A stretch of DNA of 64,000 bases from an uncultured Actinomycetes bacterium (lineage in GTDB: Bacteria; Actinomycetota; Thermoleophilia; Gaiellales; Gaiellaceae). The notes under the pieces were generated by a model that saw only the letters and a list, made by a program, of their open reading frames with translations, was not told where the DNA came from and did no database searches. Shown piece after piece: positions 36,723 through 45,761 of this stretch. Numbering within the stretch: the first letter of the stretch is position 1; the number at the start of each line of letters is the position of its first letter. Position numbers and translations under genes: made by a program. Location of the stretch: contig CAVTOH010000002.1 of assembly GCA_963736295.1 (NCBI GenBank), positions 145,822 to 209,821 on the forward strand, read 5' to 3'.

Positions 36723-37670
36723 ATGGTCGACGCCCCCACCCTGCTGCCGGAGGGGCGGCCCGACGACAGGACGCGGCTCGGCTACGTGATGGTTGCGACG
36801 GCGGCCACCCTCTTCGCGGTCAACGGCAGCGTCTCGAAGGTCGTTCTCGACTCGGGGCTGTCGTCGCTCGAGCTCGCACAGATCCGGGCGTCGTGCGCCG
36901 CGCTCGGCCTGCTCGCATTCCTCCTCGCGTTCGCTCCCGCTCGGCTCCGCGTCGGTCGGCGCGAGCTCGTCGTGCTGATCGCTTTCGGCCTGGTCGGGGT
37001 CGCGCTCGTGCAGTGGCTGTACTTCGTGGCGATCCACAACCTGCCCGTCGGCGTGGCACTGCTCATCGAGTTCACGGCCCCGCTGTTCGTCGCATTGTTC
37101 GCGCGCTTCGTCTACAAGGAGCAGATCCGGCGCCGCATCTGGGTCGCGGTGGCGCTTTGCATCTTCGGCCTCGCGCTCGTCGTCGAGCTGTGGGCAGGAG
37201 TCGCGTTCAGCACGATCGGCGTCACCGCGGCGCTCTGTGGCGCGTTCGGGCTCACCGCCTACCTGCTCCTCGCCGAACGAGAGCGCCGCCATCGTGACGC
37301 GGTCTCGCTCTCGTTCTACGGCTTCCTCTTCGCGGCGCTCCTGTGGGCCCTGGTTCAGCCGCTCTGGCAGTTCCCGTGGAACGTCCTCGACAACGACGTC
37401 TCGCTCCAGGGGAACCTCTCCGAGTACACCGCTCCCGTCTGGGCGCTCGTCGGGTTCATCGTCGTCATCGGGACGATGATCACGTTCTCGCTCCTTACCG
37501 GTGCGCTCCGCCACATCAGCGCGACACGCGCCTCGATCGTTGCCACGCTCGAGCCCGTCGTCGCAACCGTGGTCGCATGGTTGTGGCTGGGCGAGACGTT
37601 CGGCCCCATGCAGCTCGTCGGCGGAGCGATCGTGTTGGCGGGCATCTTCCTCGCGCAGTCAGCCCGGTAG
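36723..37670 (+). CDS. DMT-superfamily transporter (EamA/RhaT-like, 10 TM)
   Basis: Two EamA-type 5-TM halves. 315-aa hydrophobic ORF. Confidence 0.75.
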   Translation: MVDAPTLLPEGRPDDRTRLGYVMVATAATLFAVNGSVSKVVLDSGLSSLELAQIRASCAALGLLAFLLAFAPARLRVGRRELVVLIAFGLVGVALVQWLYFVAIHNLPVGVALLIEFTAPLFVALFARFVYKEQIRRRIWVAVALCIFGLALVVELWAGVAFSTIGVTAALCGAFGLTAYLLLAERERRHRDAVSLSFYGFLFAALLWALVQPLWQFPWNVLDNDVSLQGNLSEYTAPVWALVGFIVVIGTMITFSLLTGALRHISATRASIVATLEPVVATVVAWLWLGETFGPMQLVGGAIVLAGIFLAQSAR

Positions 37671-37679
37671 CCTGTTCCC

Positions 37680-38633
37680 ATGGTCGAGCGGGTTCTCCTG
37701 GCATCGCCGCGCGGCTACTGCGCCGGCGTCGAACGCGCTGTCGAGACGGTGGAGAAGGCGCTCGACCACTACGGCGCTCCCGTGTACGTGCGCAAGCAGA
37801 TCGTCCACAACATCCACGTGGTGCGAGATCTCGAGGCGCGCGGCGCGATCTTCGTCGACGAGGAGACCGAGGTCCCGGCAGGCGCAACCGTCGTCTACTC
37901 GGCTCATGGCGTCGCGCCTACCGTCTTCGAGAACTCCGCACGGCTCGGCCACAACGTGATCGACGCCGTGTGCCCGCTCGTGACAAAGGTGCACGTCCAG
38001 GCGCGCAGGTACGCGGACGAGGGCTACACCATCGTCCTCATCGGGCACGCCGGGCACGAGGAGGTCGTGGGGACGACGGGCGAAGCTCCGGACGCGACGA
38101 TCCTCGTCCAGACCGTCGAGGAGGCTGAGGCGCTCGCGCCGCCGGCAGGCACGAAGCTCGCGTACGTCACGCAGACGACGCTGTCGGTCGACGAGACGGG
38201 CGAGATCATCACGACGCTCCGCCGCCGGTTCCCCGACATCCGCGCTCCGCGCAAGGAAGACATCTGTTACGCGACCTCGAACCGGCAGTGGGCCGTCAAG
38301 GAGATGCTGCCCGAGATCGACCTGCTGCTCGTGATCGGCTCCGCCAACTCGTCGAACTCGAATCGGCTCGTCGAGACGGCGCGTGCGAGCGGGACTCCGG
38401 CGCACCTGATCGACGACGAGACGGAGATCCAGGAGAGCTGGCTCGAGTCGGCGAAGACAGTCGGCATCACCTCGGGGGCATCCGCGCCGGAGAAGCTGGT
38501 GGGCCGTGTCTGCGACTGGTTTCGCGCGCGCGGTGTGACCGACATCGAGGCGTATCGCCTCGTCGAGGAGGACGTGACCTTCCGCCTCCCGATCGAGCTT
38601 CGCAGAGAGCTCGAGCTCGCAGCGAATTCGTGA
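37680..38633 (+). CDS. ispH: 4-hydroxy-3-methylbut-2-enyl diphosphate reductase (IspH/LytB)
   Basis: LASPRGYCAGVERAV, VRKQIVHNIHVV, AVCPLVTKVH, VIGSANSSNSNRL, SGASAPE. Confidence 0.95.
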   Translation: MVERVLLASPRGYCAGVERAVETVEKALDHYGAPVYVRKQIVHNIHVVRDLEARGAIFVDEETEVPAGATVVYSAHGVAPTVFENSARLGHNVIDAVCPLVTKVHVQARRYADEGYTIVLIGHAGHEEVVGTTGEAPDATILVQTVEEAEALAPPAGTKLAYVTQTTLSVDETGEIITTLRRRFPDIRAPRKEDICYATSNRQWAVKEMLPEIDLLLVIGSANSSNSNRLVETARASGTPAHLIDDETEIQESWLESAKTVGITSGASAPEKLVGRVCDWFRARGVTDIEAYRLVEEDVTFRLPIELRRELELAANS

Positions 38634-38721
38634 CCTCGCACAGTGAGGGAAGAATTTGGGCGCACGACGTGGTCGATGGGTGCAGATATCCGACAAGCAA
38701 TTTGAGAAGGGGGGACGAGAC

Positions 38722-39517
38722 ATGGCCTTCGAGGAGTTGAAGGCACGCCAGAGCGTGCTCTGGGGCAACGGCCCGTATCAGCGGATCACGGACACGATCA
38801 CGGACATCCACGAGCGCGTCGTCGAACGACTAGCACCCGAACCCGGGGCAGAGCTGGCTCGATCTGGCCTGCGGCACCGGCGCCGTCGCCGAGCGTGCCG
38901 CTGCGGCGGGCGCGAACGTGACGGGCGTCGATCTCGCGCCGGCCTGATCGATACGGCGAAGGAACGCGCCGAGGAGCTCGAGTCTCGACATCGACTACGA
39001 GGTAGGCGACTGCGAGCAACATCGAGCATCGAGGATGCCAGCTTCGACGCGTCTCGTCGACCTGCGGCGTAATGTTCGCTCCCGACCACGAGGCAGTCGC
39101 ACGCGAACTCGCGCGCGTCACGGCGCCCGGGTGGCCGCATTGCCCTCGCGAACTGGACGCCGGCGAGCGGGGGTCGCTCGGAGATCTTCAAGATCATGGC
39201 GACGTACCAGCCGCGCCGCCGCCGAGCAGCCCCTTCGACTGGGGAGACGAGCAGCGGGTCAAGGGGCTTCTCGGGGAGAGCTTCGACCTCGAGCTCGAGA
39301 AGTACATCTCCCCGCTCCAGCTCTGAATCCGGCGAGGCGTACTGGGAGCTCTTCTCCACTTCCTACGGCCCGACCAAGACCCTCGTCGAGGCACTAGGCG
39401 AACGGAGCGAGGAGCTGCACCGGGATTGGGTCGAGTACTTCGAGGAGAACAACCGCGACCAACGGCGGCATCCTCCATGCGCGGGAGTACCTGCTCGTGC
39501 TCGGGAGGCGTCGCTAG
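38722..39517 (+). pseudogene. Class I SAM-dependent methyltransferase, about nine frame changes in ~800 nt
   Basis: Recognisable consecutive pieces alternate between frames: MAFEELKARQSVLWGNGPYQRI.., QSWLDLACGTGAVAERAAAAGANVTGVDLAP, LIDTAKERAEEL, DIDYEVGDCEQ, SIEDASFDA, VSSTCGVMFAPDHEAVARELARVT, PGGRIALANWTPASGG, PPPSSPFDWGDEQRVKGLLGESFDLELEKY, SGEAYWELFSTSYGPTKTL..., GGILHAREYLLVLGRRR. Confidence 0.75.
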
Positions 39518-39526
39518 CGGGGTACG

Positions 39527-39841
39527 TCAGCGGCGAACCAACGCTCGAAGCTCGTCGAGGAGGCTCGGCCGTGAGTGCGGCGCAGGCGTGAGGAACGCCG
39601 CGACCCTCCCTGCGTCGTCCTCGTCGAGCGTCACCGCCGCCTTCGCCACTCCGCTCTCGTCCCAGACGCTGAATCGCACGCGGCGCTCCGGCAGGTAGCG
39701 GGACACCCGGAGCGCCCGCTGCTCGTCGTCGTCGGCTCCGGGGAAGAACTCGACGAGCTTCCGGCGCTGGGGCGCGGCGCACCATGGGCAGAAGCGGTAC
39801 TCGACCGCGGTCTCACCACCGCACCGCGTGCAGTGCTCCAT
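39527..39841 (-). CDS. Small zinc-ribbon protein (hypothetical), downstream of ileS
   Basis: MEHCTRCGGETAVEYRFCPWCAAPQ (CxxC...CxxC), 104 aa, coding bias. Confidence 0.55.
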   Translation of the reverse strand: MEHCTRCGGETAVEYRFCPWCAAPQRRKLVEFFPGADDDEQRALRVSRYLPERRVRFSVWDESGVAKAAVTLDEDDAGRVAAFLTPAPHSRPSLLDELRALVRR

Positions 39842-39886
39842 GTCCGCAGGATACGACGCGAGCCCGGTCCCGGGAAGGTCGCGGCT

Positions 39887-42800
39887 CTACGTGGTCTTCT
39901 CGACCCGGAGCTCGCCGCCCTCTGCGTCCACGGAGGTCGCAAGGGTCTCCCGAGCGATCCACTCTCGGTGCTCGAGCAAGTCGGCGTCGGACTCCGGCAC
40001 GGTGAGCCGGACCCGATCCGTCAGCTCCAGGCCGGTCTCCTTCCTCAGTGTGTTGACCGCGTGAATGAGGTCGTAGACGCGACCCCGCCGAAGCAGGTCG
40101 TCGTCGAGGTGCAGGTCGAGCGCGACGGTGACCCCATCGGCGGTCGCCACGGCGAATCCCTCCTTCCCATGGCGCTCGACGAGCACCTCGCCAGCCGACA
40201 GGTCGTGACCCGCCGCCCGGAAGCCGCCGTCGGGAAGCTCCTCGAAGTCCCCTCCTTCGAGTGAAGCTCGCACGGCGCCGAGCTCCTTTCCGAGCTTCGG
40301 GCCGAGCACCGGGAGATTCGGCTTGACGCGGAGCTCGCTCGCATCGACTTGGCCGAACGAGACGGCCCGCACCCGCAACTCGTCCGCGATCTCGTCCGCA
40401 TGGCTCTTCGCAAGCGGTGCTCCCTCGACGACGAGCGCGCGAAGCGGCTGCCTAAGCTTCAGTCCCGAGGTCGAACGCGCCTGGCGACCGAGCTCGACGA
40501 CACGACGCAGCTCCGCGATCTCGGCCAGAAGAGCGTGGTCGGGCTCGGCCGCAGCGGGCCAGCCGGCGAGATGGACGGATGCCGGTGCGTCCTTGCACGG
40601 CGCGGTCAGCACCCGCCAGAGGTGGTCGGTGAGGAACGGCATGAGCGGAGCGACCACCCGAAGACCCTGGACGAGCGCAAACCATAGGGTTCCGAGGGCA
40701 ACCGGGTCTCCATCCCAGAATCTCCGCCGCGACCGGCGGATGTACCAGTTCGACACATCGTCGACGAAGGCTTCGTAGGAACGGACGGCGTCGACGGTTC
40801 GCCAGGTCTCGAAGGCGGCCGTTGCATCGACGACGAGCGCGCGAGTCCGCTCCACGAGCCACCGGTCGAGTGGCTCCAGGTCGCCGCCGGGCCCCGCCGC
40901 GAGGTCGGCCCACTCGGGCTTCCAGCTGTCGATGTTCGCGTAGTCGACGAGGAACTTGCAGGAATTCCAGAGCGTGAGCAGCTTCCGCTGGATCTCGTGA
41001 GCAGGCCCGTAGCCGAAGAGCAGGTTCTGGCTCGGCGGCTGCGCGCAGTACTGCCAGCGCATGACGTCCGCTCCCATCCGCTCGAGCGCCTCGTCGACCT
41101 GGATTGCGTTGCCCCAGGAGCGGTGCATCTCGCGGCCCGTCTCGTCCAGAAGCTTTTCGTAGGTGAGCACACGTTGGTACGGCGAGCGACCGACGAGCGT
41201 GACCGACATGAAGGAGATGGAGTAGAACCACAGCCGGATCTGCTCGCGCATCTCGGAGATCCAGTCCGCCGGGAACCACTGCTCCCAGTAGGCGTGATCC
41301 GGCAGGTCCGCACCGGTGAGGCCAGTCGCGGCACCTGTGCCGTTTCCCGCGTGCACGTACTCGGGGCTCTGCCACCCCAGCGTGGAGAGCGGGACGATCC
41401 CCGCGTCGAGCCACGCGTCGCCGACCTCCGGGATGCGCCGCACCGCCTCGGCGCACGCCTCGCAGCGAATCGGCACCTCGTCGATCCACGGTCGGTGGAG
41501 CTCCTGGAGCTGGTCGAGCCCTCTCACGGCACGTTCCTCGAGCTCCGCCCTCGAGCCGATCACGGTCAGATGGCCGCACTCGCAGGGGTAGAACGGCAAC
41601 GGCAGGCCGAAGTAGCGCTTCCGCGAGATGTTCCAATCGCCCATGTTGCGAAGCCAGTCGTCCATGCGCTTCGAGTAGAAGTCGGGCGTCCACTCGACCG
41701 TCGCGTTCGCGTCGAGCATGGGCTGGCGCACCTCGCCCGCGGAGATGAACCAGTCGTCGACGACGCGAAAGACGAGCGGAGTGCCACAGCGCCAACAGGT
41801 CGGATAGCGATGGACGACGCGGCCCGATTCGACGAGGAGCCCGCGAGCCTCGAGGTCGTCGATGACGGGCTGCGCGACATCGTCGGTGGAGAGCCCGTCG
41901 AATCCGAACCCGGGCAGCATGCGTCCCGCCTCGTCGAGCGGTGCCAGCACCTCGAGCTGGTAGGTACGGCCGAGCTCGAAGTCCTCCGAGCCTGCGCCCG
42001 GCGCGATGTGAACGATTCCGGTCCCTTCGTCGAGCGACACGTCGTCCCACGGGATGACGCGGTGCGCAACACCCTCCTGCGCCGGAAGATGGTCAAAGGG
42101 GCCTGTGTACTCGAGACCCACGAGCTCGCCGCCCAAGGCCGAGCGGACGAACGTCGCGTCCGGCTTCCGTGCGACGGCCCACCACTCGCCGTCCTCCGTG
42201 AGCCCGTAGTCCGCATCCGGGTTCACGGCCGCGGCGACGTTCGCCGGAAGCGTCCACGGCGTCGTCGTCCAGACGACGAGCGCCTCGCCGTCCCGCCCCT
42301 TCAAGGGCAGGCGCACGTAGAGCGACGGATGCTCGAGCTCCTTGTACTCGCCGGAGAAGACCTCGTGCTGGGAGATCGACGTTCCACAGCGCGGGCACCA
42401 GACCGTCGAGCGGTGGCCCTGGTAGAGCCAGCCGCGCCGGTGGACCTCGGCGAGGAAGCGCCAGATGTACTCGATGTTCGTGTCGGAGAACGTGTAGTAG
42501 TCGTTGTCCCAGTCCATCCACATCCCGAGCCGCTGCGACCGCTCGGTGATCTCCTCCGAGAACCGTGCAACGCGCTCGCGACACCTCGCGGCGAACTCGG
42601 CAAGGCCGTACTCCTCGATCTCGCGCTTCGAGTTGAGGCCGAGCGACTTCTCGACCTCGACCTCGACCCACAGCCCCTGGCAGTCGAATCCGTTCTGATA
42701 CCGCTGTTCGAAGCCGCGGAGCGCCTTGTAGCGCTGGAAGACGTCCTTGAGCGTCCGCCCCCAGGCGTGGTGGACGCCCATCGGGTTGTTCGCGGTGATC

Positions 42801-42949
42801 GGCCCGTCGATGAAGCTGAAGCGCGGCCCGCCTCGGTTCTGCGCGCGGAGCTGCTCGAACGTCCCCTCCCGCTCCCAGAGGGCGAGTATCTCCCGCTCGA
42901 GAGCGCCGTGATCCGGCTTGTCCGGGAGCGATGCGAAGATCGGCGGCAC
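39887..42949 (-). CDS. ileS: Isoleucine--tRNA ligase
   Basis: 1020 aa. Class I HIGH-type motif (PITANNPMGVHHAWGR), editing and anticodon-binding regions, and overall IleRS type-2-like pattern (WTTTPWTLPAN, YPTCWRCGTPL, CECGH). Intact frame. Confidence 0.95.
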   Translation of the reverse strand: MPPIFASLPDKPDHGALEREILALWEREGTFEQLRAQNRGGPRFSFIDGPITANNPMGVHHAWGRTLKDVFQRYKALRGFEQRYQNGFDCQGLWVEVEVEKSLGLNSKREIEEYGLAEFAARCRERVARFSEEITERSQRLGMWMDWDNDYYTFSDTNIEYIWRFLAEVHRRGWLYQGHRSTVWCPRCGTSISQHEVFSGEYKELEHPSLYVRLPLKGRDGEALVVWTTTPWTLPANVAAAVNPDADYGLTEDGEWWAVARKPDATFVRSALGGELVGLEYTGPFDHLPAQEGVAHRVIPWDDVSLDEGTGIVHIAPGAGSEDFELGRTYQLEVLAPLDEAGRMLPGFGFDGLSTDDVAQPVIDDLEARGLLVESGRVVHRYPTCWRCGTPLVFRVVDDWFISAGEVRQPMLDANATVEWTPDFYSKRMDDWLRNMGDWNISRKRYFGLPLPFYPCECGHLTVIGSRAELEERAVRGLDQLQELHRPWIDEVPIRCEACAEAVRRIPEVGDAWLDAGIVPLSTLGWQSPEYVHAGNGTGAATGLTGADLPDHAYWEQWFPADWISEMREQIRLWFYSISFMSVTLVGRSPYQRVLTYEKLLDETGREMHRSWGNAIQVDEALERMGADVMRWQYCAQPPSQNLLFGYGPAHEIQRKLLTLWNSCKFLVDYANIDSWKPEWADLAAGPGGDLEPLDRWLVERTRALVVDATAAFETWRTVDAVRSYEAFVDDVSNWYIRRSRRRFWDGDPVALGTLWFALVQGLRVVAPLMPFLTDHLWRVLTAPCKDAPASVHLAGWPAAAEPDHALLAEIAELRRVVELGRQARSTSGLKLRQPLRALVVEGAPLAKSHADEIADELRVRAVSFGQVDASELRVKPNLPVLGPKLGKELGAVRASLEGGDFEELPDGGFRAAGHDLSAGEVLVERHGKEGFAVATADGVTVALDLHLDDDLLRRGRVYDLIHAVNTLRKETGLELTDRVRLTVPESDADLLEHREWIARETLATSVDAEGGELRVEKTT

Positions 42950-43041
42950 GTTCGTCAGTCTAGGAACTGGGAAGAACGGCGGCGCCGGGGTCGTTTAAGG
43001 TCTAGCCATTCGAGAAACGAATACACGCAAGAAAGGAACAC

Positions 43042-43359
43042 ATGGCAATCGAGGTAACCGAGACGACGTTCGAGCAGGAAGTGCTGACGTCGGAGACACC
43101 CGTCCTCGTGGACTTCTGGGCGGAGTGGTGCGGCCCATGCCACGCGGTGGCGCCGGTGCTCGAGAAGATCGTCGAGGAGCGAAACGGTGAGCTGAAGCTC
43201 GTGAAGGTCAACATCGACAACGAGCAGGCGCTCTCGCTCAAATACGGGGTCATGTCCATCCCGATGATGATCCTGTTCAAAGACGGTGCGCCGGCTGCGG
43301 CCGCTGTCGGAGCGCAGCCGAAGTCGGCGCTCGAGCGCGCGCTCGGGCTCGCGGCTTAG
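43042..43359 (+). CDS. trxA: Thioredoxin
   Basis: VLVDFWAEWCGPCHAVAP...YGVMSIPMMILFKDG. 105 aa, AAAGGAA Shine-Dalgarno. Confidence 0.95.
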   Translation: MAIEVTETTFEQEVLTSETPVLVDFWAEWCGPCHAVAPVLEKIVEERNGELKLVKVNIDNEQALSLKYGVMSIPMMILFKDGAPAAAAVGAQPKSALERALGLAA

Positions 43360-43412
43360 CCCGCGACCTCCACACGTCCTCCGGTCCGAGGCGTATGCTG
43401 GCGGACGAGGCC

Positions 43413-44039
43413 TTAGCAGGATGTTTTGCGTTCGAGGCTTCCCCCTCCCCCTCCCCTACCGATAGGCCGGCTTAGCCGGCCTATCGTCCTTGTCGGCTTC
43501 GTCTTACTGCTCGGCGATAGGCCAGCGAGGAACGGGCCGACCCAGGTAAACGCGCACTCCTCCGGCGGAGGTAGCTCGCTCAGCGAGAACCACCGGAGCT
43601 CCGCGACGTCGTCGGCGGGAGCGGGATCACCAGCGACGATCCGCGCGCGCCAGACGAGGTTGAGGACGCTCGTCGGAGCTGGGGCCGTCGCCGTAGCCGT
43701 CGACGAAGACGCCGAGGAAGTCGCCGGGCTCGACTTCGAGCCCCGCCTCCTCGCGAAGCTCCCGCCGAAGTCCCGCGAGCGGGCTTTCGCCCTCTTCGAG
43801 GAAGCCGCCGAGGAGATCCCAGCGGCCCGATGTCCGGCTCGACTGCTCGCCGCGCGAGGAGCACCGAGCCCGCGTCGTCCGTCACGAGGCCGGAGACGGC
43901 GGGCGCGGAGTGTCGCGTAGTAGACGGAGCCGCAGGCCGGGCATGCGGCCCGCCCGTCCTGCGCGTCGAGCTCACTCGCGCAGCGCGGGCAGACACGCCA
44001 TCCGTGCAGGAATCCCATCCGGGTACCGTACTGCGCCAT
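43413..44039 (-). pseudogene. NUDIX hydrolase with NudC-type N-terminal zinc ribbon, at least three frame changes
   Basis: Zn ribbon CPRCASELDAQDGRAACPACGSVYY (frame a). PAVSGLVTDDAGSVLLARRAVEPDIG (frame b). Nudix box GGFLEEGESPLAGLRRELREEAGLEV (frame c). VLNLVWRARIVAGDPAPADDVAELRWFSLSELP (frame a again). Confidence 0.75.
43460..43486. terminator. Perfect 12-bp palindrome with TTA loop, preceded by a C-rich tract (candidate trxA terminator)
   Basis: CGATAGGCCGGC-tta-GCCGGCCTATCG, immediately after CCCCCTCCCCCTCCCCTACC. No U-tract. Confidence 0.35.
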
Positions 44040-44050
44040 GTCGCCCCGCC

Positions 44051-44410
44051 ATGTCCCTGCCAACGTCGCCGAGCTCGCAACGCGTCGGACTGCTGGCAAG
44101 CCTTCCGGGCGAGACGCTCGGCAAGCTCGCCGAGCGGATGCAACGCCAGGAGGTCGCCTCGGGGACCGTGCTCATTCGCGAAGGCGAGCCGGGGGACCGG
44201 TTCTTCGTGTTGCTCGCGGGGCTCGCGGCGGTGTCGCAGTCGGCTCTCGGCGAGCGCAAGGTCCTGCGCGCGGGCGAGTACTTCGGCGAGGTCGCGCTCG
44301 CGATGCACATCCCCCGAACCGCCACCGTCACAGCGATGACATCGTGCGTCGTCGCGAGCTGCGACGAGACGACTTTCGACGAGCTGATCCGGCCGCTCTT
44401 CGCCGACTAG
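44051..44410 (+). CDS. Stand-alone cyclic-nucleotide-binding domain protein
   Basis: 119 aa with the cNMP-binding fold pattern (VLIREGEPGDRFFVLLAG...GEYFGEVALAMHIPRTATVTA). No DNA-binding domain follows. Confidence 0.7.
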   Translation: MSLPTSPSSQRVGLLASLPGETLGKLAERMQRQEVASGTVLIREGEPGDRFFVLLAGLAAVSQSALGERKVLRAGEYFGEVALAMHIPRTATVTAMTSCVVASCDETTFDELIRPLFAD

Positions 44411-45213
44411 CCCTGCAGCTCGTCGAGCACGGCGTCCGAGAACGCCGGCCAGGCAGACTTCGCCCACTCGCCGAACTCACGGGTGGTGAGGGCAGCACAC
44501 GCGACGCCCGCGTCGGGGTCGACCCACAGGAAGGTGCCCGACCCGCCGAAGTGCCCGAAGGCCCGCAGCGACACGCGGGAGCCCATCCACGAGGGCGGCT
44601 CGGTGTTCAGCTGGACGCCGAGCCCCCAGTCGAGCGGGTCGAAGCGGCCCCAGTCCGGGAGGACGCCCGTGAGCCCGGGGAAGCTCACGGAGGTCATCTC
44701 GGCGAGGGTCTCGGGAGCGACGATCCTCGGCTCGAGGAGCTCCTGTCCGATAGTGAGCACGTCCACGAGTGACGCATGCATGCCGGAGCCGGGGTCGCCT
44801 GCGGGGTCGAGCGCGATCCCGAGTGGCTCGCAGACAGCTTCGCGCACGTAGCTCTCGAACGACATGTCCGCGCGCTCGCTCACATGGAACCCCAGCGCGC
44901 GGAACCCTTCGTTCGAGTAGACGCGCCGACGACCAGGAGCGGCGATCGGGGCCGTCCCCTCGAACGGCAGTCCGGACGCGTGCGCGAGCAGGTGACGAAT
45001 CGTCGAGCCGGGCGGCCCGGCCGCCGCGTCGAGGTCGACGACGCCTTCCTCCGCCGCGACGAGCACGGCGAGCGCGGCAACGGGCTTCGAGACGGAGGCG
45101 AGACGAACCGCGTGGCTCGGGTCGCCGCGCGTCTCCGTGCGCCCATCTGCGGTGACGACGCCCGCCGCGGCGAAGGGCACCGGCCAGCTCTCGATCTGGC
45201 GGAGCGCCCTCAC
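44407..45213 (-). CDS. Serine hydrolase of the beta-lactamase/PBP4*-like (class C) family
   Basis: S-x-x-K (ASVSKPV), Y-x-N (VYSNEGF), HFGGSG box. GTG start at 45213 chosen; start uncertain. Confidence 0.75.
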   Translation of the reverse strand: MRALRQIESWPVPFAAAGVVTADGRTETRGDPSHAVRLASVSKPVAALAVLVAAEEGVVDLDAAAGPPGSTIRHLLAHASGLPFEGTAPIAAPGRRRVYSNEGFRALGFHVSERADMSFESYVREAVCEPLGIALDPAGDPGSGMHASLVDVLTIGQELLEPRIVAPETLAEMTSVSFPGLTGVLPDWGRFDPLDWGLGVQLNTEPPSWMGSRVSLRAFGHFGGSGTFLWVDPDAGVACAALTTREFGEWAKSAWPAFSDAVLDELQG

Positions 45214-45234
45214 GCTCGGCAGACTAGCCCCCTC

Positions 45235-45615
45235 ATGGAGCGCCGCAACATCGCCGGCACCGGGGCGTACGAGCCGATCGTCGGCTACTCGCGCGCAGTC
45301 GTGGCAGGCGATCGAGTGCACGTCTCCGGCACTGCTGCTAACCCCGCCGACGGCTCCCCGCCGCCGGACGACATCTACGACCAGACCATCGTCTGCCTCG
45401 AGCTCATCGGCACGGCGCTCGAGAAGGCGGGCTCGAGCCTCGAGCACGTTGTGCGGACGCGTGTCTACCTGACGGATGCCGATGACTTCGACGGCTTCGC
45501 GCGAGCACACGCGGAAGTCTTCGGCGAGGTCCGTCCCGCGAACACGACCGTCCTCGCAGGCCTCTTCGACCCGCGGTGGAAGGTCGAGATCGAGGTCGAG
45601 GCGGTGCTCCCGTGA
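45235..45615 (+). CDS. RidA/YjgF/UK114-family protein
   Basis: YSRAVVAGDRVHVSGTAA...EHVVRTRVYLTDADDFDGFARAH...RPANTTVLAG...VEIEVEAVL. Confidence 0.8.
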   Translation: MERRNIAGTGAYEPIVGYSRAVVAGDRVHVSGTAANPADGSPPPDDIYDQTIVCLELIGTALEKAGSSLEHVVRTRVYLTDADDFDGFARAHAEVFGEVRPANTTVLAGLFDPRWKVEIEVEAVLP

Positions 45616-45730
45616 GTGGCGTCGCTCGCCTTCGGCTCGCTCTCGTGGAGGAAACCATGTTTCCCCCACGTTCCCCCTTCTTCTTGAAGATCGTGGGGGA
45701 ACCTCCCGGTTCCCCCACACCCCCTCCACC

Positions 45731-45761
45731 CGCTCATGGGCGAGTAACTCGCCCATGAGCG
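45731..45761 (+). promoter_or_regulatory. Perfect 14-bp palindrome with TAA loop spanning the predicted start codon of the carboxylate-amine ligase gene
   Basis: CGCTCATGGGCGAG-taa-CTCGCCCATGAGCG. The right arm contains ATG 45755. The left arm encodes the mini-frame ATG-GGC-GAG-TAA. Confidence 0.3.

Noticed and set aside
42950-43041. Possible T-box leader upstream of ileS
   Set aside because: - Only about 90 nt separate ileS from the divergent trxA gene.
- I could not find a specifier hairpin or the conserved T-box sequence.
- The gap is too short for a T-box riboswitch.
40997-43057. 686-aa plus-strand ORF opposite ileS
   Set aside because: - It is antisense to an intact, unmistakable isoleucyl-tRNA synthetase.
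- The composition is shadow-ORF-like (R/A/E/D/P rich), and it runs into trxA.
45690-45730. G-quadruplex on the minus strand as a functional element
   Set aside because: - The G3+ pattern is present.
- In about 70% GC DNA such runs arise readily.
- Nothing is transcribed from that strand here as far as gene layout suggests.
- It is kept only as a remark inside the C-rich-box finding.
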